64,000 bases of DNA from Spirochaetota bacterium (GTDB taxonomy: Bacteria; Spirochaetota; UBA4802; UBA5550), in the NCBI GenBank assembly GCA_016928865.1, contig JAFGJX010000070.1:12139-76138 (forward strand), read 5' to 3'. The translations under genes were made by a program, and so were the position numbers. Below are positions 9,117 through 19,225 of this stretch, in pieces (position 1 is the first letter of the stretch; each line of letters opens with the position of its first letter). The notes below the pieces were generated by a model. It worked only from the letters and a program-made list of their open reading frames with translations. It ran no database searches and was not told the origin of the DNA.

Positions 9117-10307
9117 ATGTCGGAAAAACGACCTTACAGCATTGGCATTATCGGAAGCGGACGCATGGGTCTGGATATTTTCGAGTACCTGTCTGATTTC
9201 ATGTTCCCGCTGACTTTGATATGCATCTCGGATCAGGAACGGCTGGCTGCGCAAAAGTCCATCGCGCGAAGGATGGAACGGCGCCGCCGGAACGGTCTTA
9301 TAGGAGAGGAGCAGTTCGACTTCAGAAAAATGAACTGCGTTATATCCTCATCACTGAAAGATTGCAGCGGGTGCGATATCATTATCGAGGCGATATACGA
9401 GGATGAGGAGGCAAAACGGACGCTGTACCGGAACCTCGAAGCGATCGTGCGGGAAGACGCGGTCATCGTTTCAAACTCTTCATCCATTTCCCCGTCTCGT
9501 ATCGCTGACAGCGGCATCAGCAGGGGTCGCTGTGCAGGACTCCACTTTTTCTTCCCCGTAAGGTACAAGAATGTCGCGGAGCTGATACGCATGGATCATA
9601 CCGATGACGCCGTCATGCGTAGACTCAGGGAATTTCTTGCGGAGATCAACAGGTTTTATCTCGAAATGGGGGAGGATGATGCGTTTATCCTCAATCGCAT
9701 TGTTCTTGACTGCCAGGCTCAGGCATGCCGTTTTTTAACCGAGGACCGCTATACTGCCAGGGAGATTGACCGCATCATGCAACGAAGGCTCTTTACTCAT
9801 GGCATTTTTGAGTTTTTCGACAGCGTGGGCATAGATGTGGCCGCTCGCGCGGTAGACAACTACGCCACCTTGCGCGGGGATATTGAATTCTACCGGCCCC
9901 TGCTGATGTCGCTGAGAAAATTGATGTCGGAAAACAGGCTGGGGAAGAAAACCGGGGCGGGATTCCATGACTATGCCCGGCAGGGAGAGGCGGAGATCGC
10001 CGGCGCGATCAAGGGAGCCGAGCGGGTCGAGCTGGTGCTCACGGCGCTCTATATCAACTCGGCATTCAAGGCATGCGAGCGCGGGAAATGGTCACCGGAG
10101 GACCTGGAATACGCGCTCACAGAATATACGGGTTGCCCTGAGGGACCATTTGCACTCGCGCAGGAAATCGGGACGTCGGAGTTGCGTGATCTGCTTTCAG
10201 AGCATCACATGACGACAGGCTTTGAGGCATTCAGGCCGTCGCGGCTTCTCGATAGGGCAGGCAACGACTCTCAGCATGAAAGGGGTGACGGCGAAGAGGT
10301 TTTATAA
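9117..10307 (+). CDS. 3-hydroxyacyl-CoA dehydrogenase family
   Basis: GIIGSGRMG, IEAIYEDEEAK, SNSSS, GLHFFFP, GKKTGAGF. Confidence 0.88.
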   Translation: MSEKRPYSIGIIGSGRMGLDIFEYLSDFMFPLTLICISDQERLAAQKSIARRMERRRRNGLIGEEQFDFRKMNCVISSSLKDCSGCDIIIEAIYEDEEAKRTLYRNLEAIVREDAVIVSNSSSISPSRIADSGISRGRCAGLHFFFPVRYKNVAELIRMDHTDDAVMRRLREFLAEINRFYLEMGEDDAFILNRIVLDCQAQACRFLTEDRYTAREIDRIMQRRLFTHGIFEFFDSVGIDVAARAVDNYATLRGDIEFYRPLLMSLRKLMSENRLGKKTGAGFHDYARQGEAEIAGAIKGAERVELVLTALYINSAFKACERGKWSPEDLEYALTEYTGCPEGPFALAQEIGTSELRDLLSEHHMTTGFEAFRPSRLLDRAGNDSQHERGDGEEVL

Positions 10308-10311
10308 CCGT

Positions 10312-11736
10312 ATGATGAAAAAAGTCCTTCTCGTAAACACGAACATGGAGATGCGGCCGTACCCGGTGCCGCCGCTGGGACTCTGTCTTGTCGCGTCCTC
10401 GCTCGGGAGCGAATACGATGTATGCATATATGATCCCGCGGATGACCGCGGTGCGGCACTTCCCGGCGTCGTGGAGGCCTTCCGCCCGGATTACGTGGGG
10501 GTGTCGGTCAGGAACATAGACGACATGAACTTCGTAAATCCGACAAGCTATAAAGAGACGATACGCGATTTGTTCATAACGCCTATACGCGATATCACGC
10601 GCGCTCCGATGATCCTCGGCGGAAGCGGATTCAGCATTTTCCCCGAATACTTTCTCGATTACTACGGCGCTGACTTTGGGATCTTCGGCGAGGGAGAAGC
10701 GGCCTTGGCACAGCTTCTGCAATGTCTTGACAATCGAGGGGACCCTCGCTCAGTGCCGGGGATCGTCATGCCGGGCGCCGGACGCGCCAAACGTCCCGAC
10801 GGTTACTTAAACCTTTCAGACCTGCCTTTTTCTGAAATCGATTTAAGGATCGATTATAAACCGTATCGCGCTCGGGGATCGTATCCGGTGCAGACAAAGC
10901 GGGGATGCGCTCACAGCTGTATATACTGCACCTATAACTGCATCGAAGGTTACCGGTATCGGGTCAGGCCCCCGGAGCAGGTCGCTGATGAGATAGAGCA
11001 GGCCGCGGCGCGGCTCGGCAATGTCACCTTCGAGTTCGTAGACTCCACCTTCAACGATCCCCCGGGCCACGCGGAGGGCATCTGCGCCGAAATCGTCCGG
11101 CGCGGTCTCGGGGTACGGCTCAGAACCATGGGCATCAATCCCGTCAACGTCAACCGGCACCTCTTCGACCTGATGCTCGAAGCCGGGTTTGCGCAGATCG
11201 ACTGCACGCCTGACAGCGCGTCTCCGCGCATGCTCGCAAGCCTTGGAAAGAATTTCACCATTGATGATCTTGAGAGAACCGCGCGTATCGTGCGCGATGC
11301 AGATATCCCCACCATGTGGTTTTTTCTTTTCGGCGGCCCGGGAGAGACCGAAGAGACGATGCGCGAGACTTTCGATTTCATTGACCGCTCGATCAGCGGC
11401 AGGGACATGGTCCACATGACCTGCGGGCTTCGCATCTATCCCGGAACCGGCCTGTTCAGGCGCGCCCTCGAGGACGGGACGCTGTCCCCGGGTGATCCCG
11501 CCACTGAAGCACGCTTTTACATCTCAAAGGACCTCGGGAAAGAGCGGCTCTTCGAGTTGGTCCACGAGGCATCGCGCGCGCGCCCCAACTGCGTGCCGGT
11601 CATGGAAACCGAGCCGTCACCCGAAATGATGCGTGAGGCGCTGGAGTTGCGCCGCGCGCGCGGCCTTACCGAGCCGATGTTCAGGACGCTTTTGCGTGTC
11701 AGATACCGGATGCTCGGCTGCGAGATGCGTGGATAA
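10312..11736 (+). CDS. B12-binding radical SAM protein, lipid-biosynthesis type
   Basis: PYPVPPLGL, GVSVRNIDD, GGSGFS, QTKRGCAHSCIYCTY, FVDSTFN, LFGGPGET. Confidence 0.88.
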   Translation: MMKKVLLVNTNMEMRPYPVPPLGLCLVASSLGSEYDVCIYDPADDRGAALPGVVEAFRPDYVGVSVRNIDDMNFVNPTSYKETIRDLFITPIRDITRAPMILGGSGFSIFPEYFLDYYGADFGIFGEGEAALAQLLQCLDNRGDPRSVPGIVMPGAGRAKRPDGYLNLSDLPFSEIDLRIDYKPYRARGSYPVQTKRGCAHSCIYCTYNCIEGYRYRVRPPEQVADEIEQAAARLGNVTFEFVDSTFNDPPGHAEGICAEIVRRGLGVRLRTMGINPVNVNRHLFDLMLEAGFAQIDCTPDSASPRMLASLGKNFTIDDLERTARIVRDADIPTMWFFLFGGPGETEETMRETFDFIDRSISGRDMVHMTCGLRIYPGTGLFRRALEDGTLSPGDPATEARFYISKDLGKERLFELVHEASRARPNCVPVMETEPSPEMMREALELRRARGLTEPMFRTLLRVRYRMLGCEMRG

Positions 11737-11802
11737 GAACGATATAAAAAGATTTTGACAAAAATACGATGCTTCCGGTATGGTTTAACGAATATGCTTT
11801 GC

Positions 11803-13287
11803 ATGAAGGGTAACAGATTGAACGGAATCCGCCAGATCATTGTAACTGTACTTGCGCTGTTTGTTGCGCTGCCGTGCGCCGGCGCTGAATCACGGCTTGA
11901 CGTGAGCCGGGCGACGGTCAAGATAATTCGCACCGCCATACAGCCGGACTACAATCTTCCGTGGAAGATGAAGGAGCCGGAAACATCGGTCGGATCGGGC
12001 GCCATCATTGCAGGTAAAAAGATCCTCACCAACGCGCATGTCGTTTCCGACGCGACCTATATTCAGGTCAAAAAGGAGAGCGACCCGGAATTATACGACG
12101 CCACTATTCTCTTCATAGCGCATGATTGCGATCTTGCCCTGCTCGACGTCTCCGATCCGAATTTTTACCGGGATACGGTTCAGCTCGCGCTGGGCGGACT
12201 CCCGGAGCTGCGCTCGAAAGTGACCACGTACGGCTACCCGATGGGGGGGAGCCGCATATCGATAACCGAAGGCGTGACCTCGCGGATCGAAATCGGCGAG
12301 TACGCCCACAGCGGAAGCATGTCGTTTCTCCTGATTCAGACGGACGCCGCGATAAATCCGGGAAACAGCGGCGGACCTGTCATGCAGGGCGACGCCATTG
12401 CAGGGATCGCCTTCCAGGCCAATATACACTCCGACAACATCGGCTACCTGATTCCGACCCCAATCATCAGGCATTTCCTTGACGATGTCCGCGACGGCAG
12501 GTATGACGGATTTCCCATGCTCGGCGCTTTTACCGATTCCCTTGAAAACATCAGCTTCAGGAGATATCTCGGCATGAAGGACGGACAGAGCGGCGTCATC
12601 GTAACCGTTGTAGTTCCCGGAGGCGGCGCAGAGGGACACCTCCGGCCGGGAGATGTTATAACCGGCATCGATTCCGTTCCGATCGCCAGTGACGGCACCA
12701 TTCGCTTCAAACAGGGAAGAATATACTACTCGTATGTAATCGACACGAAACAGGTTGGCGAACCGGTCACCCTTGACGTCCTGAGAAAAGGAAAGTCATT
12801 CACCGTCAGGTATCCCATGCGTTCATATCCCTTCAGAATATCATGGTTCAATGAATACGAGACGATGCCGCGCTATTGCATCTTCGGGGGCCTGGTATTC
12901 CAGCCGCTTTCGAAGGAATATCTCATGACATGGGACAAGTGGTGGCATAACGCCGACCGGCGCCTTCTCTATTATTATCAATACCATATAAGCGACGCGC
13001 TGTTTCCAGAGCGGAAGGAATTCGTCGTGCTGAACCGCGTGCTGCCGGACCAGGCCAATACCTACCTCACGGACCTTCACGACAAGGCGGTGGATGAGAT
13101 AAACGGCGTGAAGATAATGCGTCTTGAGGATGTGCCGGAGGCCTTTAAAAAACCGAGGAACGGATACCATGTCATACGCCTGGACGGCACGACATTTCCC
13201 CTGGTGCTGAAAGCTTCGGAAATGGATGCGGCCAATCGGAGAATATGCGAAAAATACAGCATCCCGTCGCTGATACGGTTGCAGTGA
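11803..13287 (+). CDS. Deg/HtrA-family serine protease with PDZ domains
   Basis: LTNAHVV, CDLALL, DAAINPGNSGGP, signal peptide. Confidence 0.9.
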   Translation: MKGNRLNGIRQIIVTVLALFVALPCAGAESRLDVSRATVKIIRTAIQPDYNLPWKMKEPETSVGSGAIIAGKKILTNAHVVSDATYIQVKKESDPELYDATILFIAHDCDLALLDVSDPNFYRDTVQLALGGLPELRSKVTTYGYPMGGSRISITEGVTSRIEIGEYAHSGSMSFLLIQTDAAINPGNSGGPVMQGDAIAGIAFQANIHSDNIGYLIPTPIIRHFLDDVRDGRYDGFPMLGAFTDSLENISFRRYLGMKDGQSGVIVTVVVPGGGAEGHLRPGDVITGIDSVPIASDGTIRFKQGRIYYSYVIDTKQVGEPVTLDVLRKGKSFTVRYPMRSYPFRISWFNEYETMPRYCIFGGLVFQPLSKEYLMTWDKWWHNADRRLLYYYQYHISDALFPERKEFVVLNRVLPDQANTYLTDLHDKAVDEINGVKIMRLEDVPEAFKKPRNGYHVIRLDGTTFPLVLKASEMDAANRRICEKYSIPSLIRLQ

Positions 13288-13300
13288 TGACCGCGGCCGG

Positions 13301-14800
13301 ATGAAGGGAAGAGTGATCAGGATGGCACGAGTGAGAAATATTATAATACTGCTGGCGGCCTGGTCCGGCCTGTGCGCGTCGTTATCCCCGGCCGCGCACG
13401 CCATGGACGACCGCGTGGTTTATCTGCTCGTCACATCGCAGAAATACGATTACGCCTCGCCCTGGCAGATGGGTGATATCTCGCGTTCGAACGCAACCGG
13501 ATGCGTCATTGACGGCAATATGATACTGACATCCGCGTATGCGATAACCGATCATTCAGGCATTGAAGTGATGAAGAAGGGCGAAAGCCGCAAGTATCAG
13601 GCGGAAGTATATATCAAGGACTATCATTGCGGTCTCGCGCTCCTCAGGGTGAAAGACAGGAGCTTTTTCAAAGGGCTCAAGCCGGTTGAATTCGGACCGT
13701 CCGGCAAAATTCCGGGCAGGGCGGCCGTCGTGTACCGCTGGGACTCGCTCAGCAGCCTGAAGGAATATTCAGCCAACCTGACGAAAGCATCAATCCGTTT
13801 TTACGAACCGGGATGCTCTGCCCTCATGTACCAGTTCTCAACCAGCATGAACGAAGGCGGAAACGGCGAGCCGGTCTTCATCGACGGCAGGCTCGCAGGC
13901 GTCGCGGCGGCGCTCAGCGGCGAATCGAAGACGCTCTACGTTCTGGGGATAGACGTGGTGCTGCGCATGCTGAAAGACGCGGGCGACGGCGACTATCGCG
14001 GCGTTCCATTTTTCTGGATCGACGGGGTGGAGCTCAGGAGCGACGTTAATCTCCGCGACTACTTCGGCGTCGCGGCGGGTGACGGCGGCGTACTCGTTAC
14101 CGGTGTCCCCGCCATAAGCAGCGGGGGAGAATCCCTCAGGATAAACGATATCATACAATCAATCGACGGACATCGCATCGATGACAGCGGCATGTACGAT
14201 TCGCCCTATGGCAAATTGTACTATTACGGCCTGGTTCAGCTCGATCATCAGGTAGGGGATTCGATCTCCATGGTGGTCCTGCGCGACAGGCGGCAGACGA
14301 CCCTGCGGTTCACGCTCAAGCCGGTTCCGGACGAGTGCTGCGCGATTCCGCTTATATCGCACGACCGGGGACCCCGCTACTGCGTTGTCGGCGGCCTGGT
14401 TTTCCAGGAGCTCAGCGCCGGATACCTCGAGCTCTACGGGAGAGACTGGAAGAAGAAAGCTGACAAGCGGCTGGTCTATTATTATGATTCAGTCAAGTCG
14501 CTTGTAGAGAAGGGGCCGGAGGTCAGGGTGGTCGTTCTCACGCGGGTCCTTCCCGACACCGTGAATAAGGGCTACCAGCAGTACCACAGCCTGGTTCTAA
14601 ACAGCGTGAACGGCGTAAGCGTGAAAAACCTTACACAGATGAAAAAACTGGTCGATAGAGCAGCGGGCGATTACCTCGTGTTTTCGTTTGTGGGTGAGAC
14701 AACTGTGGTGCTCGATAAAAATGAGGCATCACGCGGAGAAAGCGAATTGATGCAGAAATACAACGTGACCGCGCCGCATAATATACCAGACGTCAATTAA
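13301..14800 (+). CDS. Deg-like trypsin/PDZ paralog, catalytic triad lost
   Basis: Collinear with upstream protease but LTSAYA, CGLALL, MNEGGNGEP. Confidence 0.82.
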   Translation: MKGRVIRMARVRNIIILLAAWSGLCASLSPAAHAMDDRVVYLLVTSQKYDYASPWQMGDISRSNATGCVIDGNMILTSAYAITDHSGIEVMKKGESRKYQAEVYIKDYHCGLALLRVKDRSFFKGLKPVEFGPSGKIPGRAAVVYRWDSLSSLKEYSANLTKASIRFYEPGCSALMYQFSTSMNEGGNGEPVFIDGRLAGVAAALSGESKTLYVLGIDVVLRMLKDAGDGDYRGVPFFWIDGVELRSDVNLRDYFGVAAGDGGVLVTGVPAISSGGESLRINDIIQSIDGHRIDDSGMYDSPYGKLYYYGLVQLDHQVGDSISMVVLRDRRQTTLRFTLKPVPDECCAIPLISHDRGPRYCVVGGLVFQELSAGYLELYGRDWKKKADKRLVYYYDSVKSLVEKGPEVRVVVLTRVLPDTVNKGYQQYHSLVLNSVNGVSVKNLTQMKKLVDRAAGDYLVFSFVGETTVVLDKNEASRGESELMQKYNVTAPHNIPDVN

Positions 14801-14832
14801 GAGCGGTGGCTAAACGCGCTCTATGCGCGTCA

Positions 14833-14869
14833 TAAGCCTTTTTCAACAGGTTTATCACGCGATGAAAAA
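14833..14869. repeat. Partial copy (one arm) of MITE-like repeat family
   Basis: CAACAGGTTTATCACGCGATGAAAAA matches the arms at ~21990-22017 and (reverse complement) ~54826-54853. Confidence 0.5.
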
Positions 14870-14948
14870 TCAAACGGTCCTCTGCCGCTCAGTTTATTAT
14901 TCTATGCTTCATTGGCCTAACGGAACAGAGTGTGATTATTAATAGTTT

Positions 14949-15971
14949 ATGGAGTCCATGATGATCGTTCGTACCGTCGTATGTGTATGCCTGATTCTCA
15001 TGCCTGTGGTGCTCGGCGCGCAGGAAAAACGTGAGATGAGATCTGACGTTCTGGCACAGGCAGCGGTCCCGGCGACACGAAATATAAAAGCGCCTGAAGC
15101 CGACGTGATGAAGAATGACGGAGATGCGTCTGCCCGGAAAAAGGAAGGGATCGCCATAATGAAAAAATCGATCCGGTATTCCATTCTCGCGGCCCTTCCC
15201 ATAAACACCTATGTCGTTTCCCTCCTGACGTGGGACTGGGGCAAAACAACGAAATTCAGGGTGGGGCATGAAGGGTGGTTCGGGCATAACACCTATACCG
15301 GCGGCTCGGACAAGGTCGCGCACATGTTCTCATTTTACACGCTGATGAGGATACTCTATAACGTATATGACTACACCGAGGACGGCGCGGACTCGAAATG
15401 GGCCTTTTCGGCAGGCCTTGCCACATTCATGGCGCTCGGCATCGAGATCGGGGACGGGTTCTGCAAAAACCAGAACGGGTTCGGGTATGCCGACCTTACC
15501 ATGGGGCTGATCGGCATAGGGATAGCCTCGCTGCTTGAAGCGTTCCCGGCGGTCGATGCCTTCGTCAGCCTGAGCGCCCAGTACATCCCTACGAAATATT
15601 TCAGGAAGCATCCGCAGCGTCTGAAATGGTTCATGGACGACTACAGCGGATGGCGCTTTATGGCTAACATCAAGCTCGCCGGTTTCCGCTACCTCGGCAT
15701 CAACATCCCGGAATTTCTCCGGTACGTGCAGTTCGATATCGGCTATTACACGACCGGGTATACCACATACGATTATGCCTGGGGCGAGCTCGAACGCACC
15801 TTCAACATAAAGGGTAAGGAGCGGAACGTGTTTATCGGGATATCGGTCAACCTGACGGAATTCATCAAGGACTTCTTTGACGACAAGGAGAGCCTTGCCT
15901 GCAGGGCGCTGCAGCAGCCGTTCAAGTATTACCATGTTCCGCTCGGCGTCGATCATCGATTCAGGCTATAG
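14949..15971 (+). CDS. DUF2279/YfiM-like membrane protein
   Basis: GGSDKVAH, EIGDGF, GFGYADL, DDYSG motifs. Confidence 0.75.
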   Translation: MESMMIVRTVVCVCLILMPVVLGAQEKREMRSDVLAQAAVPATRNIKAPEADVMKNDGDASARKKEGIAIMKKSIRYSILAALPINTYVVSLLTWDWGKTTKFRVGHEGWFGHNTYTGGSDKVAHMFSFYTLMRILYNVYDYTEDGADSKWAFSAGLATFMALGIEIGDGFCKNQNGFGYADLTMGLIGIGIASLLEAFPAVDAFVSLSAQYIPTKYFRKHPQRLKWFMDDYSGWRFMANIKLAGFRYLGINIPEFLRYVQFDIGYYTTGYTTYDYAWGELERTFNIKGKERNVFIGISVNLTEFIKDFFDDKESLACRALQQPFKYYHVPLGVDHRFRL

Positions 15972-15982
15972 GGGGCGTCATT

Positions 15983-16450
15983 ATGAAGGAAAAAGACGTA
16001 CGGGTCGATTACCGGAAGCACCAGGTTGTCCTCTACGCTGAAAAAAGGGACGGATCGTACGGACCGGTGCGGACCGGCTCTTATATCACGAAGAATTATC
16101 TCGATGACTACTGGCTCAAGAGAAACAATCTCGAGCGTGAGTATCTCGAAAAGGTTCGCGGGGGAGAAATAAGTCCCATCGCCTATTACATGGTCCTCGA
16201 GGAGCTGACGCCGTCAGAGCTGGCGTCACGCGTGAAGCTGTCGACCCGGAAAGTGAAGCGACACATGACGCCTGAGCACTTCGGCGAGGCAACGGTGGAG
16301 CAGCTGCGTCGCTACTGCGAGGTATTCAACGTGCCGATTGCAGGCATGTTCCAGGCGGTTGTCACCAGGAAGAAGGGCGTCAGGGTTGAGGAATTGAAAA
16401 CAGATAATCCTTATTTCAGCATATATACCATCGCGACGGAGAAAAAATGA
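15983..16450 (+). CDS. Conserved HTH-like protein of the type found beside BtrH-N genes
   Basis: SPIAYYM...ELASRV...KVKRH...LRRYCEVFNV; ATGA overlap with next gene. Confidence 0.65.
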   Translation: MKEKDVRVDYRKHQVVLYAEKRDGSYGPVRTGSYITKNYLDDYWLKRNNLEREYLEKVRGGEISPIAYYMVLEELTPSELASRVKLSTRKVKRHMTPEHFGEATVEQLRRYCEVFNVPIAGMFQAVVTRKKGVRVEELKTDNPYFSIYTIATEKK

Positions 16451-17451
16451 CGTTCAAGCATACCATGGCGGCGCACTGCGAGTCCGGCACGGTCGCCGCT
16501 CTGTTGAAGCACGAGGGAATGGACATCTCCGAGCCGCTTGTGTTCGGCATGTCCGCCGGCATATTCTTCGGCTATTTCGAATCAAGGAAATTCCCTTTCC
16601 CGACATTCGTGGTGAGGAACCGTCCCGGACAGATCAGGACCGGCATGGCGAGCCGCATCGGGGTGAAATTCAGGGAACAGAAGTTCCGTGATCCGGGAGC
16701 GGGGGAAAGGGCTCTTGACGATCTTCTTGCCCGGGAGATCCCTGTCGCGTGCCAGACTGATTTTTTCTACATGAACTACCTGCCCGGCCATGTGCGGGTG
16801 CATATCAATGTCCATTTTATCATCGCGGTTGAAAAGAAAGACGGCGTCTACCTGGTGAGCGACTGCTATTCGCCCGATATCGCTCCGCTCGACAGGGATT
16901 CGATGATGAAGGCCCGCTTCGCCGGGGGCAGCTTCGCGCCGCGCGGCTTCATGTTTTATCCGGTATCGGTGCCGGAGCGAATCGATTACCGGACAGCGAT
17001 ATGGAAGGGAATCCGCAGCGCGGCCTTCAACATGGTCAGGCTGCCCATGCCGTTCCTGGGGGTCAGGGGGATACGGCTCTTTGCGAAAAAAGTCGTTGAC
17101 TGGCCGCGTCTCGCCCGCGACACCGAGCACCTGTCTCACGAAATCATGAAGATAAACATCCTGCTCGAAGACCAGGGCACCGGCGGGGCCGGATTCAGGT
17201 TCATGTACGCGACCTTCCTGCGCGAAGCGGCCGAGCGTCTCAAAGACCCGGATCTCCACGATATGTCGAAGCGTATCATGGAGATAGGAGACAGATGGCG
17301 CGAGATATCCCTTTTTGCCGCCCGCATCGGAAAGCGGCGCGATCTCGGACAGGACCGTCTCAGGGAGCTGAGCTCCCTGATATATGAACGCGCTGACGCG
17401 GAAGAGTCATTTTTCAGGGATCTGCTGGCTATGAGTAAAAAAAAGATATGA
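16447..17451 (+). CDS. BtrH N-terminal / DUF4872 papain-like protein
   Basis: AHCESG, SEPLVFG, HINVH, GTGGAGFRFMYATFL. Confidence 0.85.
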   Translation: MTFKHTMAAHCESGTVAALLKHEGMDISEPLVFGMSAGIFFGYFESRKFPFPTFVVRNRPGQIRTGMASRIGVKFREQKFRDPGAGERALDDLLAREIPVACQTDFFYMNYLPGHVRVHINVHFIIAVEKKDGVYLVSDCYSPDIAPLDRDSMMKARFAGGSFAPRGFMFYPVSVPERIDYRTAIWKGIRSAAFNMVRLPMPFLGVRGIRLFAKKVVDWPRLARDTEHLSHEIMKINILLEDQGTGGAGFRFMYATFLREAAERLKDPDLHDMSKRIMEIGDRWREISLFAARIGKRRDLGQDRLRELSSLIYERADAEESFFRDLLAMSKKKI

Positions 17452-17466
17452 AGACATGGTGAGGCT

Positions 17467-17745
17467 ATGACGGCAAACATTCCAGATGCGTTAAAAAACG
17501 AGATCAAGCTCCTGATCATTGACGCGCTCAATATCGATGATGTGGGCCCGGAAGAGGTGGGGGATGATGATGCCCTGTTCGGCGACGGGAACGTGCTCGG
17601 ACTGGATTCGATTGATGCGCTTGAGATTGTCATGGCGCTCCAGGAGAAATACGGAGTGCGGATCGACGACAAGAACCAGGCGCGTTTCATTCTCAAATCA
17701 ATAACCACGATCGCAGAATATATCGAGGCAAACAGGACGAGATAA
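17467..17745 (+). CDS. Acyl carrier protein
   Basis: LGLDSIDALE motif, GAGG RBS. Confidence 0.92.
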   Translation: MTANIPDALKNEIKLLIIDALNIDDVGPEEVGDDDALFGDGNVLGLDSIDALEIVMALQEKYGVRIDDKNQARFILKSITTIAEYIEANRTR

Positions 17746-17780
17746 GCCGGAAGGCAAATGCGTGTATCGGCCTTCTTCGG

Positions 17781-19151
17781 TCATGCGCCGGTATAGAATT
17801 CGTCCTTTGACACGTCAATGGCCCCGCGCAGTTTCGACTGGAGCACGAGTGAGAATATTGTCCTGTGTATCCGTTCGTTGGGAAATCTGGGCAGGTGATA
17901 GAGGGTTCGCCTTACGATTTCCCTGAAGGAATATCCCCGATCGCCTATTCGCTTGAGCGCATCGAATATATCCGCGTCTCTGATGGTCGGGTGCACAAAA
18001 TTAACCAGCTTGCTGTCGTCAAGTTTTCCCTCCCGCTCCAGGCGTTCGTACAGCCGCGTCCCGGGGAGCGCCTTTATGGGAAATATAACCGGGATGATGC
18101 TCGTTTCCCGGCAGAATTCAAGGGTGCGGAAATAGGTGTCGATATCGTCATCCTCGTAGCCGATAACGAACCATCCCGATACAAGTATGCCCTGGTCCTG
18201 TATGAACCGGATATGCTCCTTCATGACGGCGATCACGTCGCCTCCCTTCCGGGCGCCCATTTTGTTAATGGCTCCGGATCCGGCAAGGGTCTTCGGGTTG
18301 ACCGACTCCATGCCGATCGCCGCGTATATGAGACCGGCCTCCGCCGCTTTTTTTATGACAGCCCTCCCTTTTTGATCTGCCGCAGCATCGAGATTGGCCT
18401 GTCCCGTCCAGAAGCGCCTTTTCTTCAGATTTGAGATCGCCCCGTACAGATCGAGGTAGTAGTCATAGGACGCCTTCTTCCCGAACACGGAGTCATCGAG
18501 CAGGTAATAGTAATTACTGAACGAATTGATCTCAGCAACGACGTCCGAAACGGACCTGGTCCTGAAGCCGGGGCCAAACAGCTCCGTCACAGTGCAGAAA
18601 TCGCAGTTGATCGGACAGCCGCGCACTGCATAGACCGTGTCAAAAACATATTTTTTCCTGTAGGGGCGCCTCAACGGCAGCGGCACGTGATTCAGGTCGG
18701 GATAGCGGTTGATCTGGTGAAGGGTACGTCCCCGCGGATCAAAGGGCTTCGGCGAGCAAACGTAAAAGTCTTTCAGTGAATTATGCTCTGCATCGCGGAC
18801 AATTACAGGCCAGAGCTCCTCCGCCTCTCCAATCGCCACCGCATCAGCGTGCATGATCGCGCGAAAGGGCACCACTGACGGCTGGGGCCCACCCATGACG
18901 ACAGTGACGCCCCGCCTGCGGAACTGATCCGCGATCTCGTATGCTCTGTTTTCCGCGGTATAGCGCACGCTTATCCCCACGAGGTCCACGGGCTCGTCGA
19001 AGCGTTCATCGTCCTCCCAGAGGAGGTCGATGAACTGGTAGTCGTGCCCGGGAGCGCTTCCAGCCAGGATCGGCAAAGAGAGCGGCATGAACGGGTCATT
19101 CTTGCGAAGCGGGTCACGAAGGGAAGCCGCGAGTATCAGTTTTATTCTCAT
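17781..19151 (-). CDS. B12-binding radical SAM protein
   Basis: MPLSL, MGGPQ, GEAE, RGCPINCDFC, GMES, LPGT. Confidence 0.88.
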   Translation of the reverse strand: MRIKLILAASLRDPLRKNDPFMPLSLPILAGSAPGHDYQFIDLLWEDDERFDEPVDLVGISVRYTAENRAYEIADQFRRRGVTVVMGGPQPSVVPFRAIMHADAVAIGEAEELWPVIVRDAEHNSLKDFYVCSPKPFDPRGRTLHQINRYPDLNHVPLPLRRPYRKKYVFDTVYAVRGCPINCDFCTVTELFGPGFRTRSVSDVVAEINSFSNYYYLLDDSVFGKKASYDYYLDLYGAISNLKKRRFWTGQANLDAAADQKGRAVIKKAAEAGLIYAAIGMESVNPKTLAGSGAINKMGARKGGDVIAVMKEHIRFIQDQGILVSGWFVIGYEDDDIDTYFRTLEFCRETSIIPVIFPIKALPGTRLYERLEREGKLDDSKLVNFVHPTIRDADIFDALKRIGDRGYSFREIVRRTLYHLPRFPNERIHRTIFSLVLQSKLRGAIDVSKDEFYTGA

Positions 19152-19225
19152 GGTGTCATAGTACGGGTTACCGGGTGTTTACCGCAATAATTATATCATT
19201 TGCAGCTGTTGCAATCCATCAATAT

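Noticed and set aside
10222-10311. N-terminal extension of the second rSAM
   Set aside because: Overlaps the dehydrogenase; family-typical start at 10312
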